From the NCBI RefSeq assembly GCF_006345805.1, contig NW_021836692.1, positions 1 through 23,015 on the forward strand: a stretch of 23,015 nt of DNA. The letters run 5' to 3'. Made by a program: the position numbers and the translations under genes. The notes under the pieces were generated by a model. It searched no databases and was not told the origin of the DNA. It saw nothing but the letters and a program-made list of their open reading frames with translations. This document shows positions 1 to 11,530 of the stretch, piece after piece. Each line of letters starts with the position of its first letter. Within the stretch, counting starts at the first letter, position 1. Source of the DNA: Octopus sinensis. Taxonomy: Eukaryota.

Positions 1-35
1 TCACAATCCACAAAGAACACAAGAACACAATTCCG

Positions 36-108
36 CACTTGCATCTGGTCCAGCAATCGGAACCAGCGACCATGAACGCAATCCACTAACCACAAGCCCT
101 CCAGCCTT
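36..108 (-). mobile_element. Degraded tRNA-derived SINE head fragment
   Basis: Minus strand reads ...GGCTTGTGGTTAG...GGTTCCGATTGCTGGACCAG, resembling the A/B-box heads at 17666-17749 and 14331-14348; heavily diverged. Confidence 0.3.
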
Positions 109-152
109 CGCTCAACAGGCTGATTGCTAAAAAATTCACAAATTCACAAATT

Positions 153-296
153 CACAAGGCCCGAAATTTTGCTGGAGGGTGCCATCGATTAGATCGACCC
201 CAGTACGCAACTGGTGCTTAATTTATCGACCCCGAAAGGTTGAAAGGCAAAGTCGACCTCTGCGGAATTTGAACTCAGAACGTAAAGACTGTCGAA
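153..296 (-). mobile_element. tRNA-derived SINE family A, head-truncated second unit (tail variant 2)
   Basis: Carries the B box GAGTTCAAATTCC and the core GTCGACTTTGCCTTTCA.CCTTTCGGGGTCGATAAATTAAG shared with other copies; ends in ...AAAATTTCGGGCCTTGTG like the copy at 21651. Confidence 0.85.
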
Positions 297-534
297 ATAC
301 CTATTTCTTTACTACCCACAAGGGGCTAAACACAGAAGGGACAAACAAGGACAGACAAACGAATTAAGTCGATTATATCGACCCCAGTGCGTAACTGGTA
401 CTCAATTTATCGACCCCGGAAGGATGAAAGGCAAAGTCGACCTCGGCGGAATTTGAACTCAGAACGTAACGGCAGACGAAATACGGCTACGCATTTCGCC
501 CGGCGTGCTAACCTTTCTGCCATCTTGCCGTCTT
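297..534 (-). mobile_element. tRNA-derived SINE family A, full length (central domain resembles Meta/MESC-type SINE core)
   Basis: Near-identical to 20213-20445, 9998-10228 and 18680-18917; A-box-like TGGCAGAAAGG, B box GAGTTCAAATTCC; 3' end GTGGGTAGTAAAGAAATAGGTAT. The domain name is from memory. Confidence 0.92.
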
Positions 535-1059
535 GAAAGTTAAAAAATATTAGGAACCGTACAGTTCTTTCTAGTAGCGAACCACTTGTAATAATTCAGT
601 TACGCCCACTTGTAAACAATAGGATATTTTGGACATATTCCTGCAAATGTTTTTGTACTTTTATGCATTTGTATTTGCATGTTTTTGTTTCCGAAACTGA
701 AAGAAATGTTTCTAGTGAGTTTCTTGTATTCTCTTTGTCTTTCATTCATATTAGATTTCTTTCAACAAGACTAACCTAATCTATATACACTTGGCTATTT
801 CTGTCAACAACTATTTGTTGTATAATGTTACATAATCACTTTAAACAGTTCTACCTGCATCAAAGTAATACACATATTTTGAAGTTATAAACCTCAGTAA
901 ATAGCTTGTACGCAAAGCGGACATTGCGTACCATCTGTCTGTACCCGTTTGAGACGTTTCGCTCCGCGTGTCTTAACGATATCTCATCAACACCAGCTCT
1001 TGATTTCCACATTAACATTCCTCATTTATCTTATTATTACTTGCTTTTTCTGTTATAGG

Positions 1060-1484
1060 TTACTCTTTTACTTGTTTCAGTCATTTGACTGTGGCCATGC
1101 TAGAGCACCGCCTTTAGTCGAGCAAATCGATCCCAATACGTATTCTTTGTAAGCCTAGTACTTATTTTGTCGGTCTCTTTTGCCGAACCGCTAAGTTACG
1201 GGGACGTAAACACACCAGCATCGGTTGTCAAGCGATGTTGGGGGGGGAACAAACACAGACACACAAACATATATACACACATGCATATATATATATATAT
1301 ATATATACATATTCATATATACGACGGGCTTCTTTCAGTTTCCATCTACCAAATCCACTCACAAGGCTTTGGTCGGCCCGAGGCTATAGTAGAAGACACT
1401 TGCCCAAGGTGCCACGCAGTGGGACTGAACCCAGAACCATGTGGTTGGTAGGCAAGCTACTTACCACACAGCCACTCCTACGCC
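1060..1484 (-). mobile_element. tRNA-derived SINE family B (CORE-type, octopus OR/OK-like) with internal TA/CA microsatellite
   Basis: Minus strand starts GGCGTAGGAG; A box TGGCTGTGTGG (1464-1474), B box GGTTCAGTCCC (1421-1431), CORE-like ACCTTGGGCAAGT (1398-1410); tail ...CAGTCAAATGACTGAAACAAGTAAAAGAGTAA. Confidence 0.85.
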
Positions 1485-1726
1485 AATGTTCTCAAATCTT
1501 TTACAATAAGATAATATATCATAATGGACTTGGAGTACAATAATGATTCTAACATTTAGTCTACGTGATTGTCTGTAGAAGAAAGCCAATCTATAGACGT
1601 TAAAAGCCGCGAGATACTGACATCAACTGAAAATCTCCACAGGGATAGTGATATCGGCAGGGACTACATAAAAAGAGTTAAAGGGCAGAGAAGCTTGAGA
1701 TCAGTGCAGTCAACCTCGAATGGCGC

Positions 1727-1730
<4 letters not shown>

Positions 1731-1762
<32 letters not shown>

Positions 1763-1763
1763 T

Positions 1764-1829
<66 letters not shown>
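1731..1829. repeat. (CT)n microsatellite
   Basis: Directly visible. Confidence 0.97.
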
Positions 1830-1830
<1 letters not shown>

Positions 1831-1977
1831 GACACCACATGCTAAACAACATCAGCAAAAATAAAACATTAACTCAGTGCTTCGAAGTGAAGAGTACAAT
1901 ACCCTACATGTCTGAAACGAGCTCTTCAGGCAGCACTCTCTTCCTAATGACCTCCTGTACAACATCAAAACAGCGAT

Positions 1978-2032
1978 ACACACACACACACACGCACACA
2001 GACGCACACACACCCGCACACACACACATACG

Positions 2033-2074
<42 letters not shown>

Positions 2075-2078
2075 CACA
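1978..2078. repeat. (CA)n microsatellite
   Basis: Directly visible. Confidence 0.97.
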
Positions 2079-2726
2079 TATTTATTTATACACATATAGT
2101 CGGAAGCTGTCTCTGATACTCGAACCCACACCTCCAGTAGACATCATATGTTCCACCATTGGACATGTTTCAAGGAATATAATGGTCAACATATGCTCTC
2201 CAGTTCAAGTAAGATTTTGTACGCCTTCATATCATCAGAGACTGGTACTAATTCATTCGCCACGAACCTCTCACGAAATGAAGACCTATATATAGTACCT
2301 GTTCTGAATTACATAATTTGCGCATTATCTTCACTTAAACACCTGTAAAATATCGTAATTAAGTAAATTATGAACCAAATCCAGAATTTTTTTACCATAA
2401 AGATTATCAGTTAAAAAAAAAACTTTTCGCATTATTCTATTTCAACAGATAGAGCGTACATATGGAGTACCAAATCCAAGCTATATGGTAATATAATTTA
2501 AATTCGCTATACAATTATATATGTATATATTTTATTTATATGTACATATTTAAGAAAAAAGGATGTCAAAGGATAACGATGGTTAAGTTATGCACTTCAT
2601 TAGCTTACATCTGTTTCTGCTATGTTAGTATGTATGTATTTGTATATATATATATAAGATACTTAGTAGTACTCAAAGATTCACCTGGGAATCTTTGGAT
2701 CTCATCTATAAACTGTTTTTGTGTAT

Positions 2727-2898
2727 GTATATATATATAAATTTTTTGTGTAAAGAGATAAAAAAACCAAGGCTATATAGATATTAGAGCATTTAATATT
2801 CTAGAAACAGCTGTAAGACCTTCTATCTATACATGCTCTAATACCTATACAGCCTTGGTTTTTTTTTATTTCATTACACAAAAAATTCATATATATAC
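2727..2898. repeat. ~66-bp inverted repeat with 40-nt spacer
   Basis: 2727-2792 (..AATTTTTTGTGTAAAGAGATAAAAAAACCAAGGCTATATAGATATTAGAGCAT) is the reverse complement of 2833-2898 with a few substitutions/indels. Confidence 0.92.
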
Positions 2899-3032
2899 AC
2901 ACGTTGAAATAGAACCAACGTTGAACCCTTTTTCGCAATATTACCGAATCTGGAACTAACTATGGTTCTGTCTATAGCACTTATTCAGCATTACCTGACA
3001 CCGTTGGGGTCTCAATGAACACCATTATCTCT

Positions 3033-3125
3033 TATATTATATATATAATATATATATATATATAGATAATATATATATATATATATATATATATAAACAT
3101 ATTATATACATATGTATATATATAT

Positions 3126-3183
<58 letters not shown>

Positions 3184-3456
3184 TATATATATGTATGTAT
3201 ATGTATTCCAATATATAGTTTTGTGTGTATAAGAATATGTAAGTACATGCATGTGTGTACGTGTGAAAGAGAGCATGCACATACATACACACAAGTACAC
3301 ATATACATATTTACACTAAAGCTCATGCATACAGAGAAAAAAGGCTGGAAAGAAAAGAAGAAAAGAGAAAGAGACGCTTTCATATATGTGTGTATGTTTG
3401 TAAACACACACACTCACACACACATACACACATAAATGTAAGCATGTGTCATGTAT

Positions 3457-3489
<33 letters not shown>

Positions 3490-3895
3490 TATAAAGATAT
3501 ATATATACATATATATCTTTATATATGTATGTATGTATATATTTATGCTTGTACATATATATGCATATACACAGGCATATAAATTACATACATGTACGCC
3601 GTGAACCGATGAATTCCTGACGTTTGTCGAATGTGAAACATATTCAGTGTCACTGAAAAGAATATATATATATAAAAAAGAATTCACACACATATGTATA
3701 TATATATACATACGCACACACATACACACACACATACGATACATATGCATGCCTATATACATATACATGCATCTACACACACATATATAAAATAGATACA
3801 TACATATATATGTACGTTCGTGCATATATGTATGTATTTATGCAAGCATTCATGTATGTACGAATGTATATATATACATATACATACATACATAC

Positions 3896-3942
<47 letters not shown>

Positions 3943-4020
3943 ACGTGCGTTCGTGCATATATGTGTGTATTTATGCAAGCACTCATGTATGTACGAATGT
4001 ATGTATGTATATATATATAC
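3033..4020. repeat. Compound (TA)n/(TACA)n/(CA)n low-complexity field, including a 55-bp direct duplication
   Basis: Long TA runs; CGTTCGTGCATATATGT.TGTATTTATGCAAGCA.TCATGTATGTACGAATGTAT at 3815-3869 and 3948-4002. Confidence 0.93.
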
Positions 4021-4377
4021 GCACGTAATTATGCGTCGCCCCACCACTTCCCACCACCACCATACCCGACGAATAAATCCCCTGAAATTATTGTTTGCTT
4101 GCAGTAGATACGTATATTTCTAGTTGTGTACTTGCTAAGCAATCCGATACCCGGTAGGTACACTCAGAACGTCGGTATGTGTATAACCCCGGCCTATGAG
4201 TTCACTTTTGTAATGATATCTGAGTTTTACAAAATTTCACAAAGCTGTTTTCTCGGTGCATGTTATTTAAATATGGTTCCTTCGTCTACATTTGCATGGA
4301 TCGATTGGCTGGTGTATAATAAACACAGACTAACAAGCCTAAGAAACACTCGCTTACGTATTCATATATGAAGGGGA

Positions 4378-4382
4378 GTAGT

Positions 4383-4420
<38 letters not shown>
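4378..4420. repeat. (GTA)n microsatellite
   Basis: Directly visible. Confidence 0.95.
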
Positions 4421-4769
4421 CACTGACACCCGTTATTATACATACGACTGCCATAATGCCTCAATATACGAGTTTATTTGTTCTCGAAGGTCACACGTGA
4501 AGCGAAAATTCGTAAAGCAGAGCATATAATTTGCCATAGTAGCAATAAAATCTTATACTATCATTTTACTCCGTCGCCGTGTAGACTCGTCACAATCAGT
4601 ATGGCCGCATGTTGTGACGTTGTCACACACACACAAAATGGCTGCTTAAACTTTTCATATTTATTATAAGATATAACTCGTAAACCCGGAGTCTAGCAAA
4701 GTGGGTCCCCGCAAACAGAGGTATTACCGTATCTCCCTCCCTCCCTCACCCCCACTCTATCTCTCTCTT

Positions 4770-4941
4770 TGTATATATATATATATATGTATATACGTAT
4801 ATGTGTATATAAATATACATTTCGAAATAGCGTGGCAGATATACAAATGCATTATTATATTACATATATATGTGTTGTGTGTGTGTGTGTGTGTGATATA
4901 CTAATACACATATATGCAAACAAATATACACATCTAAATAG

Positions 4942-4992
<51 letters not shown>

Positions 4993-5107
4993 ATATAACA
5001 CATACACACATATATATATATACATAAAATGCATATGAATACATATAAATTCATACATACTAGTATGTACGTATGTATGTACGTATGTATGTATGTATGT
5101 TATATAT

Positions 5108-5162
<55 letters not shown>

Positions 5163-5295
5163 GCATATATATATATGTATGCATATATATGATATACACA
5201 AATGCAAACAGTCACACACACACAACATACATATTTATATACATACACCAACACAGATGTGGCAAATGCCATTATAGATATATATATACACAATG
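4770..5295. repeat. Compound (TA)n/(TG)n/(TATG)n field
   Basis: Directly visible; source of the YIYI-type spurious ORFs. Confidence 0.93.
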
Positions 5296-6359
5296 CAAAC
5301 ACATAGATGCGCGCATGCTTGATGCTCGCACCATGTCACATGTTTACACGTCTGACGTACTCTCAGACATTTTTCAGTCTGATGTATTAATTGTGCTTTA
5401 ATGAATTCGTATACGTCATCGTCTCGGCCATCATCCCTCCAGAGCGTCGCCATAGGCACCAAGATTCTGGTTGACTATTGTCGTACAATACAAAATGAGA
5501 AAGCCAATATGAATAGCCCTGTTATAGACGTATGAGTTTCCTCGCATTGTTTCTGAAAATCGAACATACATATTTACTTACTCGTTGTTAATGTGTTTAC
5601 TTTTAAATTACATTGAAAAATCAGCAGCGGTTACCACTTTCTTAGTCATTTGAAAACCATAAATTTATATAATATAAATTTATGAGAAAATGCTGGCTGA
5701 ATATTTGACGTTTATTAAGGACAACAGGCCTTGACGTTCAATTGCTAAATTAATATTATTATGTTTCACTTGAAGAGGTAATCGACATCATTTATACGAT
5801 TGTATAATATTCATAATATTAATGAGTATGAAGACTTAATGACCTACACGTGTTTCCATTGCAGCTGATTACTCACTACTGTAAATGCTACCTTGCATAA
5901 TTGTCGGTGCAGCTTCATTTGAGTCCGTCCATTTGGTCATCCTCGAAGTGAACTGATTGAAGTAAGTTCTTGTGAGTTAGTGTTCTGTGGGAGGTGAAGG
6001 TGCTATTGACCCCAGCTTCACCCCAGTCGCTGTTCGAAGTTAGGGTTTGATAGTAAAATAGGTTGAGATCGAGATTGTTGTTTTTGTAAGGCTCTTTGTT
6101 CGTGTTAATGTTGTGTGTGTTTTGTTTTTTTATTTCGAATGTTGTGCTCGTATTCAAGGTTTCATTTTTGTTTATATTCAGTTTTTGGTTGGGCTGCTCA
6201 TGATTTGTGTTGTACAACGATTAGGTTTGTTTTTTACTAAAGGTAGTTATTGAATATTTTTATGTTTAGGTTATGTTGTTCCATTTGTTACATCAATTAG
6301 GATCTGGAAATGTTGATGAAGCGCTGAGTATCTAGAATTATCTTTATATTTCTTAAAGG

Positions 6360-6740
6360 TCTGACCGTGGTTGTATAAACATCTACGGGCTTGTTCGTGT
6401 TTTATATTAATTAATGTGTGTTTTGATGCAAATATTTGGCAGAGCTCCTCTTTGCATCTGTTTTCCCCTACTCTTAACAGTACTAATTAGTTCCCACTCG
6501 ATAGCGTAGTAATTGTTTTTGTCTTTGATTAACAACTTAACATACTTAGGCTTCTATTATTTATTTTTTCCTGTCTTTAAAGGAATTTAAATGATAGGCC
6601 AGATTTTTTTCAAAAAGAGAGCAGGCCCCTATATAACAGTACTCCCTTCCCTCCGAGATAAGTTTACATCTATCGACCAGGTTCTCAGTTTTACATTTTG
6701 AGTTTAACGGACATACTTCATTTCTGACACAGTTGCATAG
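6360..6740 (-). pseudogene. PLE Cys-rich linker plus GIY-YIG endonuclease (disrupted)
   Basis: Hand translation: LCNCVRNEVCPLNSKCKTENLVDRCKLISEGREYCYIGACSLFEKNLAYHLNSFKDRKK*; later KDKNNYYAIEWELIST and LINIKHEQARRC. Confidence 0.85.
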
Positions 6741-7059
6741 CCCTGCTTGTGTATTTCTACTATTTATTTTACTATTGACTTCACTAGAAGCCTTTCCTAT
6801 TCTTTGTTCTCCCGGTATTATTTCTGAATTCCCTGTGGTTATTAGTTTTGGTGCTGCTCTTTCTAGCGGTTCGTCCTTCTATTTCTATGCCTGTGAACGA
6901 ATTTGTTAGCGTTGTTTCCGTTTGACTGTTGATTCTTCTGTTCATCCCCACCCCCCGACCTCAGACCTCTTACTACATTCTCATCGCCTATGTCCCTTCT
7001 GTTGTTAGTTATTTTTCCTTATTGTTCAGATTCGGGTTACTAGAATCCCCTTGGAAGTT

Positions 7060-8455
7060 GTATAATTTACTTGCATTATGAGTCGCTATTATTTGTGACA
7101 CGTTGCGGTTACTGGAGAAGGTGAGGTGCACATTATGTTTATTAAATATTTTATGGTACCTGCTGTTTTTAGGAAAGTGTTCTATCGCTGTATAGAACAA
7201 CCGAAGGATGTTGGAAATTATCCGTTCGCGAATGGAACAATATACCACAATGTGGTTCTAGAATTAGTACTGGTTTTAGTAGTTATAGGTTTTGTCCAGT
7301 TTTTAGAGTTAGTATGTTTTATGTCTCCGCGTTGTTTGCTCTGTTGTGTAGGTCGCTTACTACTGTATCCCTTAGTCGTGTTCTAAGTGTATCTGTGCCT
7401 GTGTCTATGGTGATCCGCTTAATTTCTAATGCTCAGTGTATTCAGGCTTCCGTTGTTGTTTTGGCTATTTATTTTCGTGGGGGCTTCATATTCGCTCGAA
7501 TCCTTGTTATTCTCTCCAGAGCTTGTCACTTTTTGGTTATGCTTTATATTCTCATTCTTCCTTGGTTTTCTTGTATATTGTCCTCATAAGGGGGGTTTTA
7601 TGGGTATCTTGTGTGTTATAATTGGGATCTGGATATGTTATCTTACTATGTTTATCTACCTTGTTTTGGTTTCCTTTGTTGAATGCTAAGTTTTCTTTAT
7701 ATCCTGCCTTCTCTAGTGCTAGGTTGTAGTAACCCTCGGTTAACCTAAATACTCCTTCGTTGGTTGATAGATTCGATATGCAGATTGAAATGTTTGGCAC
7801 TATGGATTGGGTTATGCACCTGGGGATGATTACTATATTTGTGAATGTACTAAAGGTTTCCATTGGGTTTATGGTATGGTTTATACATTCCAATACTGAG
7901 GTCTAGTGTTACGTCTAAGAAGTTGACTCCTCTATTGAAATGGAAAGCCCTATGTTATTTAAGAACTTAAATATCCTTTTCCTATATTTTCAATCTTCAT
8001 GCTGGGAAGGTCAGGCAGAGTGAATAATGTGTCATCTCTGTATAGACCTCCACCTATTTTTGGAAATTCTTTGTTTAGGCGGGATAAAATAAAAATTCTT
8101 AAGATATCAGTTAACTGGGTGGAGTCAGACGAACCCATTGTTATGTCAAATATATCCGGCCTATCTTTTTTTATCCAATATTTTCTTTCGAATTTAATAA
8201 GTGATTTCCTAACAGCTAATACTACATCAAATTCTTCCCTAGTTAGCCCCGAGTTTTTCATTGTGAATATAAATGCTTTGTTTCGGAGGATTAGGTCAAT
8301 AGAGGCGTAGTTGTTGGATATATCTATCTGTATGAAGTTTGCTTCTTTATTGTGATTTTGTTAAAGCAGTCAATTACTTCATATGAACTTGACCAAAGAT
8401 TTAGTTTTATAATGTTCCTAAGTGTAGGTATATGTTTATCAGTAATGTGTTTGTC
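7060..8455 (-). pseudogene. PLE reverse transcriptase and thumb (frameshifted)
   Basis: ORF fragments 7959-8261, 7552-7893 and 7009-7248 carry consecutive PLE RT motifs in separate ORFs broken by frameshifts/stops. Confidence 0.88.
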
Positions 8456-9230
8456 AAGGAATCTGATAAGATCTTAAAACTGCAAAACTATCTGAATACA
8501 GTATACAGGTGGGCTGATGAAAGTAGCATGCAGTTCAACGCTGAGAAATTTCAAGCAGTCCACTATTAGCTCACAAACAGTCTACAGTCGGAATGCACAG
8601 GATAGGAGGTAGTGCCAAACTAGAGTCAGAGTTGGTGTATGACCTGGGAATCCACATGATTAATGATGTAAACATTCCATGTGCTTATTACCAAAATGAC
8701 AACATCATGCTGGATGGATTGTGAGATTATCCCAACCATGATACCGCAGAGCATCAAATTACTTGCTGGAAGTTGAGGCAATCCAGCGCCACTACACAAA
8801 AAAGATTGACTCAGTAAAACAGAAGCGCTACTGGGAAAAGCTAAAGGAAGTAAAGCTCTACCCCTTCCCTATAGAGAAGGCGTGAAAGATATGCAGCAAT
8901 GTTCATCTCGAAGATCCTGGAAGATCTAGCACCCAACTTTGGAATTATATACGAATCTCAAAAGTGGACGGAACTGCATAGTACCGAAACTCTTGTCCTT
9001 TCTAACTAGAAGAGCGACCCAGTACTTTAAAAGTTCGGATTTCAAAGGTCGACAATCGTTCAATTGTCAAATAGTTTCAAGTGTAGAAGCAGAGGACTTC
9101 AAAGAGCGTCTGGTCAGATTTTTAACTGGGATACCAGATGAACCCACATTGCGACATAAATTTCACTTACGTATATATCGAAAATTGAATCACCCCAGAG
9201 GCCATTCAGTAAAAGATTATGGGCATGACT
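8456..9230 (+). mobile_element. CR1-clade LINE 3' remnant (RT C-terminal region)
   Basis: Hand translation: LQNYLNTVYRWADESSMQFNAEKFQ; DLGIHM; EAIQRHYTKKIDSVKQKRYWEKLKEVKLY; RRRERY; FKERLVRFLTGIPDEP. These are typical CR1/L2-group ORF2 C-terminal motifs. Confidence 0.82.
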
Positions 9231-9997
9231 GATCTCGATAAATGCCTTAAAGCATTGAAACTCTATTCTCTTCAGCGCCGCCGTGAGCAATACATCATTT
9301 GCACGATGTGCAGAATATACCACCAACATTGCCCAAACGACTTCAACATTAGCTTCAAAATTCATCCAAGGCTAGGACCCTAGGCCATACGTCTCCTGCC
9401 CAATTCAGGATCACAACACATAAATACACTGCAGCACTATTTCTTTCCCTCAACAGACTTAAAAGGATTTAGCAAATCTTATCAGGTGGTGCTATTAAGT
9501 TAGACATGTGTATATATGTATGAGTGCATGTACATGTGTATTTGAGGGTGCATACGTATATTCAAGTGTGTGTGTGTGTGTGTGTAGGTAAGTATAAATG
9601 TGTATGTATGTGTGTATCTATGTGTCTATGTATAGATGTATGCGTGTAGGATTCTATCAGAATTCTATACGTAATTTCTTATAAACCCACCCTCAGAGTA
9701 TAAAATAATTCTTTAAAAAGAATTTTGTATGAAAAATTTATTGTCTTTCAAATGCTATCCTAACTTATTGTTTAAGCTATGGAATCCATCTTGTAAATGC
9801 TTAGCATTTTCAAGTACCTTGTAAAGTTAGTGATTGCATATTTCCATGCACTGCTCCACCGATGTCTTCATTGGCTGCTGCTCATAACTATTAGTCCATG
9901 CGTATGTAATTTCGATACAGCGAATGGAAGCTTTCCAGTAAATCAATCATTGTGAAACTACCGGTTCCATTGGTTGTCTTTAATGGATCTTCTATAC

Positions 9998-10228
9998 GCA
10001 ACGAGCTGGCAGAAACGTTAGCGTGCCGGGTGAAATGCTTAGCGGTATTTCGTCTGCCGCTACGTTCTGAGTTCAAATTCTGACGAGGTCGACTTTGCTT
10101 TTCATCCTTTCGGGGTCGATTAAATAAGTACCAGTTACGCACTGGGGTCGATGTAATCGACTTAATCCCTTTGTCTGTACTTGTTTATCCCCTCTGTGTT
10201 TAGCCCCCTTGTGGGTAGTAAAGAAATA
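9998..10228 (+). mobile_element. SINE family A, full length, with TSD
   Basis: Matches 20213-20445; flanked by GGATCTTCT at 9985-9993 and 10229-10237. Confidence 0.92.
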
Positions 10229-10740
10229 GGATCTTCTTCACGTGTGTGTATATTTGTTCCAGGCTCGAGTGTGTTTTCCAATATAGTTCAAATAGTTCAT
10301 GCAAGAGTTGAACTTTTAACTGTAAGTATACTCCTTTAAATGTTTCGCATAGCATAACACATAGCTGTGGGGTTCTTTTGTAAACTGACACAATGTACCG
10401 CTTATTTTTTCATGTGTTAAGTGAACTAGTTTTATAAGATGTCAGATTTATAATTATGAAACTGAAATAGTGTATCACGTGATATTCGTAGCGTTCTTAT
10501 AATAAGAACAAACTGAACGTTGAAGAAATATGGCTGACTATGGCGACCTGTATTAAATCGTACCAGTTCCTGTCTGGTCAATAAGCACTGTACTGCTGTC
10601 TCTGAGATCATGTTGGTTAAGACACACACATATCTCTGTGGTGTACGGACATGGTTGTGAATGGGCAAGACGGGTATAAATAAAAGAAACGCTTACCCGT
10701 GAGTTTTGCGTTCATTTGTTCCTGACAAGTGTATAGATTA

Positions 10741-10956
10741 AAGAGACAGAGTGAGAGAGGAGAGAAAGAGAGAGAAAGAGAGAAGGAGAAAGAGAGAGAG
10801 AGAGAAAGAGAGAAAGAGAGAAAGAGGGAGATAGGGAAAGAAGGAACGAAAGAAACAGTGAAAAAGGAGAAGAATAGTTCAACCATAAAAACTTTATAAA
10901 TACACGAAATGAATATAAAGTTCTGAGTGGTATCATAGCCCATACACATGCACACA

Positions 10957-11008
<52 letters not shown>

Positions 11009-11530
11009 ATATTCATTTTCCAACCGGTTTCTTTTTATTTGTTTTTTTCTGCCTAACTTTGACGGTAGTTTCTTTCCATTTTACTCTCTCTCTCTCCCTC
11101 TCTTTCCTTTCTCCCTCTCACCCTTATCTCTCTCTTTCTCTCTCTCTCTCTCTCTTCCTGGTCTCCTATCTTCTCTCTCCCCTCTCCTTCGCACATCGCT
11201 TTCTCTCTCCGCCCCCTCTCTCACTTTCACGCCAATCCCTCTCTTTCTCTTTCTCTCTCTTCCCTTCATTTTTCTTTCTTCCTCTCCCACCTGCTCCATT
11301 CTCCTTCCCTCTCACTCTCGTCCAACCTGTCTTTCTTTCCCCTCTCCCACTCGCCCCTCCTTCTCTTCCTCTCTCTCTTCTTCTCGCTTCCTCACTTTCT
11401 CTGACTCCCCCGTCTCTCTCTCCCCTTCCCTTTCTCTCGCACTTTTTTCTCAAATTTCCTGTAACGACCAACTTTAAACTCTCTCTCTCCCTTACAACGC
11501 TGTCCAAGACACCTTCCCCCCCCCCCGCCC
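10741..11530. repeat. GA-rich tract, (CA)n, then long CT-rich tract
   Basis: Polypurine ~10741-10872, (CA)n ~10950-11005, polypyrimidine ~11083-11530. Confidence 0.93.

Larger units (their letters stand above)
5820..8455 (-). mobile_element. Penelope-like retroelement (Naiad-type), 5'-truncated and decayed
   Basis: Collinear minus-strand motifs across frameshifts: NFIQIDISNNYASID; DITMGSSD; GLYRDD (YRDD 8031-8042); YNLALEKAGY; HFPKNSRYHKIFN..HN; CNCVRNEVCPLNSKC; YIG (6627-6635); HLNSF; IEWELI. The 3' boundary is approximate. Confidence 0.88.

Noticed and set aside
179-367. Recurrent 'NWYLIYRPRKDERQSRPRQNLNSER' peptide in several ORFs
   Set aside because: Antisense translation of SINE family A copies, not a gene family.
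1895-1940. Minus-strand CTGAAGA...GACATGTA as a hammerhead
   Set aside because: The GAAA box is absent and stems I and II do not form.
6693-6737. Selenocysteine recoding in the PLE Cys motif
   Set aside because: All four codons are TGC/TGT; the stops I translated nearby are not at Cys positions.
8514-8556. CTGATGA...GAAATTTC as a hammerhead
   Set aside because: No stem I; fully explained as CR1 codons for WADE...AEKF.
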